From Leucoraja erinacea (lineage: Eukaryota), in NCBI RefSeq assembly GCF_028641065.1, contig NC_073397.1, positions 31,248,001 through 31,312,000 on the forward strand: DNA of 64,000 bases, given 5' to 3'. The position numbers were made by a program, and so were the translations under genes. Position 1 is the first letter of the stretch, and every line of letters starts with the position of its first letter. Positions 33,643-46,970 of this stretch are shown here, in pieces. Under the pieces are notes generated by a model, which saw nothing but the letters and a program-made list of their open reading frames with translations, did not search any database and was not told the origin of the DNA.

Positions 33643-34094
33643 CTCCCACTTAAAATGAAAAAAAAAATTACATTCATCAGAAAGGTGGCAAAAACACATC
33701 CATGCACAAATTGGTTCAGTTCACGATGTGCAAAAAAAATTTGCTTACAAAGTTACTGCTCCCCAATATGGTGAGGGAGCAAGTCATTTAATTCAAATGC
33801 AAGCATTCTTCGCTATTTAGTTTTAAGTTTATTATTGTCACGTGTACCGAGGTACAGTGAAAAGACTTGTTTTGCATGCTGTCCAATCAGATCAGATAAT
33901 ACTATACACAAATACAACCCGGTCAAACTGGGTACAATGGATAGAGCAAAGGGAATGATACAGAGTGCAGAATATAGTTCTCAGCATTGTAGTGCATCCA
34001 TCAAAAAACACAGAAGCATGAAAGAATAATGGAATTCTTTGTTCCTGTTTGTTGGATGAGAATAATTCTCCAAACACGCTCTGGAAAGATAATC

Positions 34095-34718
34095 TGTAGA
34101 TGGCTAGTGCATGTGCCTTTAACATAGTGACCTCACCACCACTAACCACTCCCCCTATTAGATGTATAATTGCAACCTCCCCACCTATAGTTCTCTCTCT
34201 AGCTCCGGTGACAGACCACGTACAGCTAGAACTGTAGTACTTGTGAACTGTTAATAAACAATTAGTAAAGACACGATGTGTTGGTGAGACTTCTTTACAT
34301 GGTGTCAGAAGTGGGATACGAACCCACGCCTCCAGTTGGAGACCAGAAGGAGGAGGAGGTGGCGAACAGCACACCCGGTCTGGCAGGCTGGTTAAGCCGC
34401 CTGTCCGGTATGGGGATTTCGCTTAGTTGTTTAACTGTTTGTTTACCTGCTTGTAGCGCATGAGACGTGGTCGCTTGGTCACTACTGTATTGCTTTGTTT
34501 CTAAGAGGAAGGATGTAGATGGCTAGTGCATGTGCCTTTAACATAGTGACCTCACCACCACTAACCACTCCCCCTATTAGATGTATAATTGCAACCTCCC
34601 CACCTATAGTTCTCTCTCTAGCTCCGGTGACAGACCACGTACAGCTAGAACTGTAGTACTTGTGAACTGTTAATAAACAATTAGTAAAGACACGATGTGT
34701 TGGTGAGACTTCTTTACA
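34095..34718 (+). mobile_element. TRIM (miniature LTR retrotransposon): two identical 205-bp LTRs, tRNA-Leu PBS, PPT, 5-bp TSD
   Basis: LTRs at 34095-34299 and 34514-34718 (TG...CA). PBS starts at 34300. PPT AAGAGGAAGGA at 34503-34513. TSD TAATC at 34090-34094 and 34719-34723. 214-bp non-coding interior. Confidence 0.95.
34300..34348 (-). other. 49-nt copy of the 3' half of mature tRNA-Leu(CAA) including CCA (extended PBS; not a tRNA gene)
   Basis: Minus strand reads TTCTGGTCTCCAACTGGAGGCGTGGGTTCGTATCCCACTTCTGACACCA, i.e. tRNA nt 38-76 with a long variable arm. Confidence 0.85.
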
Positions 34719-34846
34719 TAATCCAAGGGTCTTAACAGGTCTACGCGAAGCTGGGTAGTTAAAACAAATATTACTACTTCAAAAAAATGTGCACAGCATA
34801 ATTAATTAAAATAAAATGCAACTAATTATGACAATAGGAAAAATAC

Positions 34847-34917
34847 CTCGATGTCCTGTTTGTTAGCCAAGACCAACAACGGAACTCCATCTAGCACCTC
34901 ACTTGTGATCATTTTCT
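34847..34917 (-). CDS. ARFRP1: ARFRP1 coding exon 5
   Basis: EKMITSEVLDGVPLLVLANKQDIE (NKQD motif). Confidence 0.96.
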
Positions 34918-36825
34918 CTGTGGTAACAAAACATTAAAGGCATTTAGAGAAGTGAAATTTAGCAAAAACCTCAGCACATTTGCAGGATCTCGTAGTGGTA
35001 CTAAAATTTCTAAAACAAGAAAAGGAGATGTTATGGCACACACAAGACTATAAGACACGGGAACAGAATTAGGCCATTCAACTCATAAAGGTAGAGTTGC
35101 TGAGTTACTGCTCTGAAGACCCAAGTTCGATCCTGACTACAGGTGGTGCCTGTACGAAGTTTGTATATTCTACCATGACCGAGTGGGGTTTCTCCGGGTG
35201 CTCTGGTTTCCTTCCACATTCCAAAGGCGTAGAAGTTTGTAGGTTAATTGGCTTCGGTGAAGATTGTAAATTGGCCCTAGTGTGTGGGATAGTGCTAGTA
35301 TAGGGGATTGCTGATTAGTGCAGATTCAGTAGACCAAAGGGCCTGTATCCGAGCAGTATCTCAACTAAAGTCTGCTGCGCCATTTAATCAAGGGCGATCT
35401 ATTTTTTCCCCTCAACCCCATTTTCTCCTGCCTTCTACCCGCATCCCTTGCCATGTTTACTAACAAGAACTCAAATCTCTGCTGTAAAAACCCAAACACT
35501 TCATCCACCTATGATGCCATTTCAAGGACTATGCACTTGTACTCCTCAGCCCCACGGCCCTACTATTCACTGTAAAAGCCGTCCCCTTGTTTAATGTCTA
35601 GAAATGAAACACCTTGCGCACTTATCCTAATGGGAGTACAAAATTGACATTTTGCAGATTTAACAGAGGCATGTTCCTAGAAAGTGTGATACCTGTGAAC
35701 AAGGACCTGCCTTCAAAAAGTAAATATTATCTTGGGTGAGGAAGCAGAATATGTCGCAATCTACTAGCAGCTCAAAAACTGACCAGCCATTGAAGTGAAC
35801 CATCGGTACAGTCAACGGACTAAACCTGATTATTTCTGAAGTTCAAACATTAATGACCATTCCAATTCTTCAATTTAAAAAAAAGATCATCAATACACTT
35901 TTTGGGAAACGGGTCTTGACTGTCAACTCTATGCCTCTCATCATTTAAAACGCTCCTAACAAGTCCACTCCGCCTCCGACCCTCCGGTGAAACAAATATC
36001 CAAGGTTGTCCAATCTCCCCTTGAAGCTAATACACTTTTCTCCAAGCAGCATTCTGGTAAACATTTTCTGCCCCTTTTCTAAAGCATCTATATCCTTCCT
36101 GTAATGGTGTGACCAAAATTGTACACAATTCTCTGAAAGCAAACTAACCAACAGTTTTATAAAACTGCAACACGACTTCCTGACTCTTGTATTCAAAGCC
36201 CCAACTGATGAAGGCAAGCATTCTATCTACTTTATTGCACTTTCTATTTGTGTTGCTACTTTCATGGAGTTACATATGGACTTACACCCCAAGATCCCTA
36301 TGTACGCTAAAGATTAGCAAGATCTTGCCTTGAACTGTATACCTTACCCTAACGTTTGACTTCCCAAAGTGCAACACCTCGCTTGCTCAGATTAAACTCC
36401 ATTTGACACTTCTCTACCCAGTAATTATGTCAGTAATTGATGGGAAGAAGGTCATCAAAAGAATCCAGCCAAAACCCACACTTTGGCATGGGAGTTTCCC
36501 TGGCATATTCCCCAATGCCAGTGTTAGATAATGACCAAACTTTCATATAAAGCTACTAATATTAGAGCACAGTCAGGAAGTGGCTTGTAATTAGAGTAAT
36601 TTCACATACATTTGTAGGAATGTAGAACTTACTGGCATTTGAATGGGTGTGGGGGGGGGGGGAGAACTAATGAACCATTTTGGTGGAAATCTGACACCAC
36701 AGTAATTCTCCAGTTTGCCAAAATATTTCATTCATTCACATTGTCCACAGCACAAATAGAAATATAGAATCATTAAAAGATGTTTACTTGCAATTGAGCA
36801 ACAGTTTTCATTGTCTTGTACTTAC

Positions 36826-36907
36826 CAAAAGCTATTTTTGATTCAGATAATCTTTCTTCATCGGTTGAATCAATGACATATATTACACCATGGGATTCTG
36901 CGTAATA
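36826..36907 (-). CDS. ARFRP1: ARFRP1 coding exon 4
   Basis: YYAESHGVIYVIDSTDEERLSESKIAF. Confidence 0.96.
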
Positions 36908-39900
36908 CTAAAAAAGAGAGTAGGTCATAATATTGCAGAGTTTGCTGAGAGTATACAGATGATGAGTCTTTGTAACCATTGTATTAATTATTCTTTGACA
37001 TTGCTCAAAATGGTTTGCAAAAACCACCGCCTTACAATATTTATAAAATTCAACATGTTTTGGATTACAGAGTAATATTGAAGTCAGTGTACATTCCTAT
37101 GCCATATTTGTAAAAGCAGATGTAGGGAACACAGGGAAACAAATATTTGACTATTATAGGAGACACAAGGAACCACAGATGCTGGAATCTAGAGCAAAAC
37201 ACTAAGTTTCAATGGGTGAAACAGGATCTGTGGAGGAATTGGATAGGTAACGTTTCGTGTCAGGACACTTCTTCAGACTGAAATGTCAACTGGCCATTTC
37301 GTCCACAAATGCTGCCTGCCCGCTGAGTTACTCCAGCATTTTGGACTTTTATTATGATTTTCTGCAGCAGTTGGCAAATTATATTGTCAGGTAAAGCTAG
37401 GAGAATAAGCATGTGTGCGAGAGAACAGCATGGCAGAGAGAGCAAGAATGAAGGTTGTTTGTGGTGCTGTCAAAACTACAATAATGACCACCTGCAGATT
37501 GGGTCAACAGTGGACATGGGTCTTCAGTATTACACCAGATTATGCTGGGTAGAAGATTTCAGATACGACAGAGATAACATTTCCTCAAACAGCAAATGGG
37601 GCCGCTCAGGGGCGAAGTGGCAGACTTGTAGCCTTACAATGTCAGAGACACCGGTTCAATCCTGACTATGAGTGCTGTCTGCATGGAGTTTGTACATTCT
37701 CCATGTGACTGTGTGGGTTATCTCAGAGTGCTCCAGTTTCCTCCCCACATTAAAAAGACATGGTTAAGTGGGCTTCAGTAAATTGACCCTAGCGTGTAGG
37801 ATAGAACTAGTTATGGGGTCATCGCTGGTCGGTGAGGACTTGATGGGCTGAAGAGCTTGTTTCCACATCATATCTCTAAAATCTAAACTATTTCTGTATT
37901 TGTTAAAATCGAAGCAAATACTACTGACAAAAGGCTTTAAAAATGCTCCATCCTGGACCCCAATTCATTTTGTGTAGGAAGGAAAAGCAGATGCTGGTTT
38001 AAACTGAATATCGACACAAAATACTGGGGTAACTCAGCAGGACAGGCAGCATCCCTGGAGATCCTCTCTAGTGATGCTGCCTGTCCCGCTGTTACTCCAG
38101 CATTTTGTGTCTATCCCCAATTCACTTTGATATTTTTGTATTTCCCTCCCCGCCCCCTAAAACTGTGCAAGGATAAATGTCATACCATAGTCAAAGTGAA
38201 GGATATTTTCCATGAATAAAAAGAGATTGGCATGCATTTAAATTGATTGTAAGATACAGCATGGAAAGGCCCTTTGGCCCATTGAGTCTGTGTTGAACAT
38301 ACATCACCCATTCACACTTGTTCTATATTATCCCGCTTTAACATCCACACCCGACACACATGGGGCATTTTTCAGAGGCCAACTAACATTCATGTTTTTG
38401 GAATGCGGAAGGAAACTGGAGCACTCGGAGAAAACCCATGTGGTCATATGGAGACTACGTGCAAACTTCACATGGACAGTCCTATGGCCAGGATCAAACC
38501 GGCTCACTGGCACTGTGAGGGAGCAGCTCTACCAACTGCACCACTGGAGATCTATACAGGATCTATGGACACAGGTGAATGCAGATGTTGATTTACAAAG
38601 AAAAAACACACATAAAGTAATGAAGTATCTCAGTGGGTCAGGCAGCTTCTCTGGAGGACATGGATAGGTGATGTTCCCGGGACTCTTTGGACCAGTTATA
38701 GTACGAGAGAGAAAGCTGGAAGAAAGGTTGGGGAGGACTACCCCAGGTAAGTGATGGGTGGGTACAGGTGAGGGGAGATTTGTCAGCAGGTGGTTGGTCA
38801 AAGTCCAAAGATGAAAAGACTAAAGGCTGTGAAACACGGAGAGAAGATGAAGGGATGTAGGCGGCATTGTGGGCAACGGAGGCAGCATTGTTGAAGAAAT
38901 AGATGCGTAGGCGGCATTGGATACATTCAGGAATGAACATGTAGGAGAGGAAGGAGGAAGAAAGAGAGGCAGGGGCAGTTGTTTGCAGGCTGATTTATCA
39001 TTATGTGCCCACAGCTGAAATCTTTGCAACATCATCAGATTAAACTGCAATTATTTATTCACCATTACATGTTTTACATTGAAATGGCCAGACTACTATC
39101 AAAAACATGGAAGTGTCTACACAATGCAACATATTTATTTGTAAGAAGGAACTGCAGATGCTGGTTTAAACCGAAGATAGACACAAAAAGCTGGAGTATC
39201 TCAGCAGGACAGGCAGCATCTCTGGGGAGAAGGAGTGGGTGACTATTGTTCTTTATGTCTCCAAATCATCGTCTATATATCTCTCGTTTCCCTTATCCCT
39301 AACCAGTCTGAGGAAGGGTCTCGACCTGAAACATCACTCATTCCTTCTCCAGAGATGCTGCCTGTCCCGCTGAGTTACTCCAGCTTTGTGTCTATCTTCA
39401 ACATATTTATTTTCCTTTGCTAATGGATACAAGGGCACAGTGACCTCTTTTGTTCAAACCAAGCAACTGCATACAAATTGGTAGAAGTATTGACATTTTA
39501 AAAACCAAAAAAATCTGTCCAGCATATTTTCTTTTGAGGAAACACTCCAAGAACCACTGAAGTAAATAAAATCCCATAACCTCAACAGAGAACATGGAAG
39601 AGGACAGCACAGGACCAAGCCCTTCAGCCCACAATGTCCATGCCCAACATGGGGAAAGGTACACTTTGAATGCATGTGATCCATATCTATGTGCTTCCCC
39701 ATCCAAAGGCCTCCTAACAAGGATGCCTTGCTTAGTTGGCAATTAAAGCAATTCCAGAGGCATGGATTGACCAAAGGCATGTCAATGTCACACCAAGCAA
39801 CTTCATACAAATTGTCGGAAGTATTTCCTTTTGATTAAAAATATATATAGCAAAGATATTTTGGTTAGTTCAAGAAGGATGGACTGAAAAATTAAAACAC

Positions 39901-41668
39901 TCACAACCCCATGTACTACCATGCTCAAAGCACTAACACAATCCCATGTAGCTCAAGGCTCATTGGATACAGTAAACCACAAGCTGAATGCACCTGGACC
40001 CCATGACTAAAATGGTAGAAGCTGTCAAATAACATTAGGAGGCATTCTTTCTCTTGTTGTAACATGGCGGACATTTGGCCCATTGATTGCATGCCAGCTC
40101 CCATAAGAGCTATCCTGTTCCTTCTCCTATTTCCATCTAATCCAGCAATGTATTCACTTTTACATGCCATTAACTCCCCATTGATTCATTTGTCACTTAT
40201 TCATGCTTAGGGTAATATACATTTGGGCCATTTAATCTCCAGGTCTAGCTTTGGGATATGGGAGGAAACCAGAGAAATCACAATGTCACAGGGAGAAATT
40301 GTTCTTGTACTATGCATTATTTTATAGTGAATCACACATATAAGCCATCCCACAAACCCTCCATTGGATCATCTCACAGATTTAATTTTGCCAGAGAAAA
40401 AGGAACGCCAGCTCATTTAATTTTTTCCTGATTGTTACTTTAGCTTTGGTACCATCTTCAGTCTGGAGAAGGGTCTTGACCCAAAACGTCACCCATTCCT
40501 TCTCACCCATTGCCTGTCCTGCTGAATTACTCCAGCATTTTATGTCTACTACCATTTTCACAAGGTACTTCTGTAATGTGTCTGGTCTGTCCATATCTTT
40601 TTTAATGTGTGGATAACAGAATTGTGTACAACTTCGATTTGGATCAAAGGTTTGGTGCAAGATAAATATCTCTAGAAATAAACTGCCATTAAATGTTGTT
40701 TTTAGTTACTTCATTAAACATCAAGAAGATATTAGCCAAAGGATGCCTAATGTGTTATACCTATTCAAATAACATTTGATGGTAAATAAATGGTTCTCCC
40801 CTTCATGGCCTTGTGACGAAGGTTATCATCAAAGTTGTATGCTTCACTGTGCAGAACATCAGGTCCTAATTTTACACGAATCCTCGAACGGTTTGGCTTA
40901 AGATCATTAAAATTGGCTCCAAGTTAGAACGTGAAAAGAATCCAGACAGGATTCTAGTAACCATGGTTCTAAGTAACCACTGCTGGGATTTGTCTCATAT
41001 GGATGTTGGATAAGAACGTGAGCAAGTTTGATTGTAACAACTTCCACAACTGGAATCTATCAACATTACACATCTGGTTGTCTACAAAGAATGATCACCT
41101 AATACTTGATAGCTATTTAACATTTATTAATAAATCACGGTAAAGCCACAAATGCCTGTGGAGGCCAAGTCCTTGGGTATTTTTTAAAGCAGAGATTCAC
41201 AGGCTCTTGATTAGTAAGGGTGTTAAAGGTTATGGAGCAAAGGCAGGAGAATGGGTCTGAGGGAAAGATAGACCAGCCATGATTGAATGGCCTAATTCTG
41301 CGCGGAAACAGGCCATTCGGCCCACCGAGACTGCGCTGACCAGCGGTCCCTGCACACTGACACTATTCTACACACACTAGGGATAATTTACAATTTTACC
41401 AAAGCCAATTAGTTTACAAACCTGTACGTCTTTGGAGTGTGGGAGGAAACCGGAGCACCCGGAGAAAACCCACGTAGGTCACAAGGAGAAAGTACAAACT
41501 CCATACAGACCCTTGGTCGGGGTCTCAGGCGTAACAAGGCAGCAATTCTACCACTGTGCCGCCCAAAGCAACTTAAGACAGCAGTTTAAACAGTCTGCTT
41601 TGCAGCATGTTTAATTTTTTGCCTTGAACAAAATCTTTATCATATTTTAAGAAAGGAAAAATGAATAC

Positions 41669-41751
41669 CTTGTCCCATAATGACTGGAGTTCTTCTTGTC
41701 CTCCAAGGTCCCAAAACATGAGGCGTGCTGAGCCAACATCAATGGTGCCAA
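41669..41751 (-). CDS. ARFRP1: ARFRP1 coding exon 3
   Basis: IGTIDVGSARLMFWDLGGQEELQSLWDK (WDLGGQ switch II). Confidence 0.97.
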
Positions 41752-42080
41752 CTTTAAGGAACAAAAATTAAACTGTTTTATGGTTATAAACCAGTGTGTA
41801 CTAAAATAAACACCACAAAGATGACTTCAATAAAATTGGCTGTTGCTATTATATTGCCCTTGAGTGGTACCGAATTCTGCTGAATTTCTTTGACAAGATC
41901 CCTCATCGTATTAAAAAGATTTTTCTTTAATGTGTACATTTTCAACTTTGTTTCTTCTGTATTTCAGCCAAAATTCTAAGCCATATGTTTCAAACTCTAA
42001 ACATAGCCACAATCCATCAACACGAACATGCTGGATACTTTTGGAAAGACATCAGATATAGACATAGCTTAAAAACTTAC

Positions 42081-42168
42081 TGTTTAAGCCAACTGTAGTG
42101 GTGATCTTTGATAAATTCATTCCTTTGTAGTTTCTGCTAAATTTAGTCTTTGTCTGTTCCAGGAAGGT
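42081..42168 (-). CDS. ARFRP1: ARFRP1 coding exon 2
   Basis: TFLEQTKTKFSRNYKGMNLSKITTTVGLN; ag|...|gtaagt. Confidence 0.96.
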
Positions 42169-44741
42169 CTGCTCATTTTGGTCAAAAGTAAAGAATTATA
42201 TAACAGTAAAGGTCAAACTCCACAGCATTAAAAAAAACTTGCAAAATCTGTGAAAGTATTGAAAAATATGATAAATGGCAACATCACATGCAGCGGTAAA
42301 TCTATATATTATTTATATATCTGACAAGTGCTTATTCATTTGATTATAATGTCATCCCAGATATCATATATTAATAAAAAAAGAATGTCATTTTCAAACC
42401 ATACACTTTTTGAACACATTTTAAATCGACACGGTCATTATTACCTTTTGTTTTTACACGAAGGTTGCAAGACCATATAAAGTTTACCCATTATGCAGCT
42501 AGCTCCATTGAATCATATCCAATTCATTTTGCAGTACTGAATTCCATCTGTTGCATTTGTAGTGCATTAGTTGGATTACTCCAATGCTGATCAATATCAG
42601 CCATAAATGAACTGCAGATGCTGGTTTACAAAGACACAAAGTGCTGGAGTAATTCAATGGGTTAGGCAGCATCTCTGGAGAATGTGGATAGGTAACGCTT
42701 CAGGTCAGGAAAACGTATGAAGAAAGGTCCTGACCCAAAACCTCACCTATCCGTCTTCTCCAGGGATGCTGCCAGACCATATAAGTTACTCTCGCACTCT
42801 GTCTTACATCAGCAGTAAATGATATCTGAAAAAGTTCCTAAACTGTTACAGCTAAAAGTCTTTTGAACTTTTTTTGGCAATGAGACATATAAAGTTGTCA
42901 GATTTTGGATTTGAGTTAGTATGCTGAACCACATGCATTACTTTTCCATAACTAAAGAACACAAACCATTCACATTGGTATTATCCTAAAAAAGCATTTA
43001 TTTACTTCCTTCTTCTGGATGAGTTTTCAACAATTTCTTCTTTCTCCAGCAGGTTATCCATGCAACATATGCCAGTCTAAACAAAGTCCATCTGCCTACA
43101 CATGCCTAATTCTATTCCCTCCCTGTACATGCATTTGTCAAAATGCCTTCTAAACATTGCTGGTTGTCTGCATCTACCACCTTCCTTAACAGCACATTCC
43201 CCTGGCACCTATTCTCCTCCATGCAAGAAAACATGCCTTGTATATCCCATTTAAAGTTACCCGTTCTCACCTTAAACCTCTGTCCTCTAGTATTTGACAT
43301 TTCTATGCTTCTCACAATTTTATATACAATCAAGTTGCTCCTCCAAAGTCTAAACTGCACATAATACTCCATATGTGACCTAGAGTTTTATACAGTTGCA
43401 TGTTTTTATACTCGGTGTCCTGACTGAAGGCACGCATGCCGTATGCCCCTCTTTACCACCTATCCACTTGTGTTACAACTTTCAGAGCTGTGGCCAAACC
43501 CCCAAACTACCCCTGTACCTCAATGGCCCTAAAGGTTCTGCCATTTACTGTATACCTTCAGCTTGCATTCAAGATGCATACTTGTATCAATTAAATTCTG
43601 TCTGCTATTTTCGTAGCAGACTTTTCAACTGCATCCTTTCCATGCTATCGACATCTCCACCAATGTTCACATCTGCAAAACATACTAATCATCTGCCTAT
43701 ATTTTCAATCAACATTAAAAAAATGTATCAGAAAAAGCAGAGGTCCTTGCAGAACAAAAATTAGTCAGAAAAATCACCCCCACCCTCTGTCCTCTATGAT
43801 TAAACCATCTTTGGGTGAAATTTACCATGGATCCAAGGGCATCAACAGTAGGCAGGAGAATGGGGCCGACAGGGAAATGTAGATCAACATTGATCGAATG
43901 GTGGAATAGACTTGATAGGAGCAGAATTAGGCCATTCGGCCTATGTCTTTATGGACCCCATATGACTGAATCTTCCAGACCCTCCTACAATGAGGAGTCT
44001 TGACAAATGCTTTACTAAAGTGCAGCAGGGCACACATCCACTGCCCACTGCTCAACAATCATCTACACCACATCATCAGGAAACTTAATCACATTTGTAA
44101 AACAGTATGCCCCAACACGAGTGTATACTGATTATCCTGAATAGGCGAGTGCTTTCACAAATGCAAGTCTATCCTGTCCCCAAGAAACTTCCACTTATGA
44201 ATAACATTCCAGATACCCAAGTGGTGAAATGTAAAGGCAGAGCAGCAACCAGGGTGCCAGCTAGTTACTGCAAACATCACCTGGCGAGATAATGTCAAAC
44301 ATTGGAATTTCAAAATGATGAGATAAAGGATTATTGGAGTTTTACAGTGCCACCAATTCTCACAATACTCCATAACAAATGATAAAAAAAGTACTCTGTA
44401 TGCACATAACGCAAAAGTGAAATTTCCAGCTTCTTTCCAGGTACTGATTAAATTTTGACATTACAAAATCAGACATCACAAATATCATTAAAACAAATTC
44501 CAATAATTCAGCAAGACAAAAACATGCCATTTACAAACTAATGTAGTGATTCGTTTTGACATGCGGCACTTCATAAAGGGAGAGGCATGAGATATGGTAA
44601 AGGTGCAAAAAGATGAAAGTATCTGCATGCAGATGCAAGAGTTATTAATAAAACAATCAAGATATTCATTACCACTTTATTAACCAGTCACAAAGTAGAT
44701 TAAATCAAGGACAAGCCAAGAGGTCACAGATATCACCTTAC

Positions 44742-44834
44742 AGTTTTGCCTGCATTGTCCAATCCTAGAATAAGAATGCAGTATTCATCCTTTTGGAACA
44801 TGTACTTCCACAGCCCAGACAGTAATGTATACAT
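44742..44834 (-). CDS. ARFRP1: ARFRP1 coding exon 1
   Basis: MYTLLSGLWKYMFQKDEYCILILGLDNAGKT|gtaagg; P-loop. Confidence 0.97.
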
Positions 44835-46669
44835 CCTGTAAAATAAAACAGCTCTTTCAAATATTTTCATTGCAAATAAATAAGTTAAGACATCAGGTTG
44901 GGCGGCACAGTAGCGCAGCTCGTGAAGCTTCTGCCTCACAGCGCCAGAGACCTGCATTTGATCCCAACCTCGGGTGCTGTCCATGTGGAGTTTGCACGTT
45001 CTTCCTGTGATGGTATGGGCTTCCTATGGGTTCTCCGGTTTCTGCCCACATCCCAAAGACGTGAAGGTTTACAGGTTAATTGGACTCTGTAAACGTCAGC
45101 CTGGTGAATACTCTAACATACTTCTTACAGATACACTAGAGAAAGTATCCTGACTGGTTGCACCATGTTATAGCAATTCCAATGCACAGCAGCGCAAGAG
45201 GCTCCAAAAAGTGGCAGACTTCGTCCATTGCTTCACATGCACAGTCCTCTCCTCCCTAAACGTGGCGCTGCTTCAAGGCAGCGGCATCTATCATAAGGAT
45301 CCCCACCATTCGGGCAGTGCCTTCTTACTGTTGCCACCATCGGTCATGAAGCTGTTGCTTATTCAAGTTAAGTGGAGCCTGTTCCAATGTAACCCTCTTC
45401 AGCTAGTGTCTAATTTGCATTAATTTTAATGTAACTTCCAACTGTAGGTTCAATCTGTTCAACCTCAATAATTCCCATCACACTCCAGTTCCACGAGCTA
45501 AAGCATCACTCCACTCAGCCCTCCCAACCTCCCCTCACTGAATTAGATCTCCTTTTCACTTGGATCTCCACATCATAGTCTCTTCACTGCTAGAAAAATA
45601 AATGTTAGTAAAGAGAAAGAGCTAAGATAGGACAGGATAGCTATTGTAATTTGTTTACTTACTCAGCATATAGCAGACAAGGCTACAGAAAATGATAGAA
45701 GTCTGCAGGGCACCAAATCAGTCAGAAATGTGTGAAAACATTCATGTAAAATCTGGTAAGGAAGGAATATAGAATTAATCAGACAAATAACAATGAGATT
45801 AGTAGTAGATAAAAGTCTTTAGAACAGACAAAGTACGGTATGATTGATTGCTCCAAAAGATTCTCAGCTACTAGAATCTCCAAGATAAAAATGGAGTCAC
45901 TTAACCCAACTTGCCTATGCCAACCACGATGCCTGCATTTGGCCCATATCCCACTACACATTTCCTTCCATGTACAATGGTTTCTTTATTATCACATGCA
46001 CCAAGGAACTGTGAAATACTTTATTCGCATACAGCTCAGCAAGACTATCACCAATATGTTGTTAAAGCATCTTCTATTCTGTTCCATTATGTCAGGTTTC
46101 TCACTACATCATACTCTTTCACCCAGCTTAATATATAATACTGGACTCAGATTCTGTGCAAGGTTATGCACTTTGTCTGCCTTTCCATCACCCATGGACC
46201 ATTAAATGTGTAGAAAGGAATTGCAGACGCTGATTTACCAAAGATAGACATGAAAAGTTGAAGCAAACTCCGGAGATGTTGCCTGACCCGCTGAGTAACT
46301 CCAGCATTTTGTGTCAATGGGCCATTACATCCCAGGCTTTATCGGCCTTTGATCCAGATGCACCATGTAATCTTAATTAGATGTGCTACATCAATAAAAG
46401 CATCCAAGAAGATGCATTACATTTCATTCCAACTCTAAAGAATGCCGGAGACGTCTCAAGTCCCCATGCAAATAAAATGATAGAATTTGAGGGTTTATTT
46501 CTGACCCTGAAAGCATTAAAACCTAACCAGCTGGCAAACTTCTGGTGCTCCTAGCTGAATGGAAGCAGCTCCAGCTGCAAATATATATATAAACACTACC
46601 TCTTGCACGATTCTGAAGGAAACAGCAAGTTCTTCCTCCAAAGTAACACTTGCAAAGAGCAGCTCTTAC

Positions 46670-46970
46670 CTGTTACCCCTCTCTCTCCATTTAAAATACT
46701 TTGATTCCCTCCTCTCTGGCTGAGAGCGACTCTCCACTGAGTCCAGGTACATCCAGGCACCACCGGAAGGACTAGTGCCCCGTGGGCCTCTGGACCTTGT
46801 AGTTTTTCCCGCCGTGTCTACGTGAATGAATCGGCCTGTAGAACTACAAATCCCATGCTCCCCCGCGCGGCGGCCGGGGGGAGGACATTTTCAGACACAA
46901 TTTCCCTGATGTGGGACATTGGATGGTTAAAAACAATTGGATGGCAATAAAAGCAGGAAGTAGCAGTGAG
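46670..46970. promoter_or_regulatory. Shared bidirectional promoter of ARFRP1 and ZGPAT with ZNF143/SBS motif; probable non-coding first exons
   Basis: ACTACAAATCCCATGC at 46843-46858, ETS-like CCGGAAG near 46763, and a CpG-rich patch. Minus-strand donor ag|gtaaga at 46670/46669. Head-to-head gene layout. Confidence 0.7.

Larger units (their letters stand above)
31522..44834 (-). other. ARFRP1: Gene span (CDS): ADP-ribosylation factor-related protein 1, 201 aa
   Basis: Seven coding exons of 93+88+83+82+71+101+88 = 606 nt, all GT-AG, open frame, closely matching vertebrate ARFRP1. Confidence 0.97.

Noticed and set aside
34300-34348. tRNA-Leu gene
   Set aside because: Only the 3' half is present, it includes the post-transcriptional CCA, and it lies directly after an LTR, so it is a primer-binding site.
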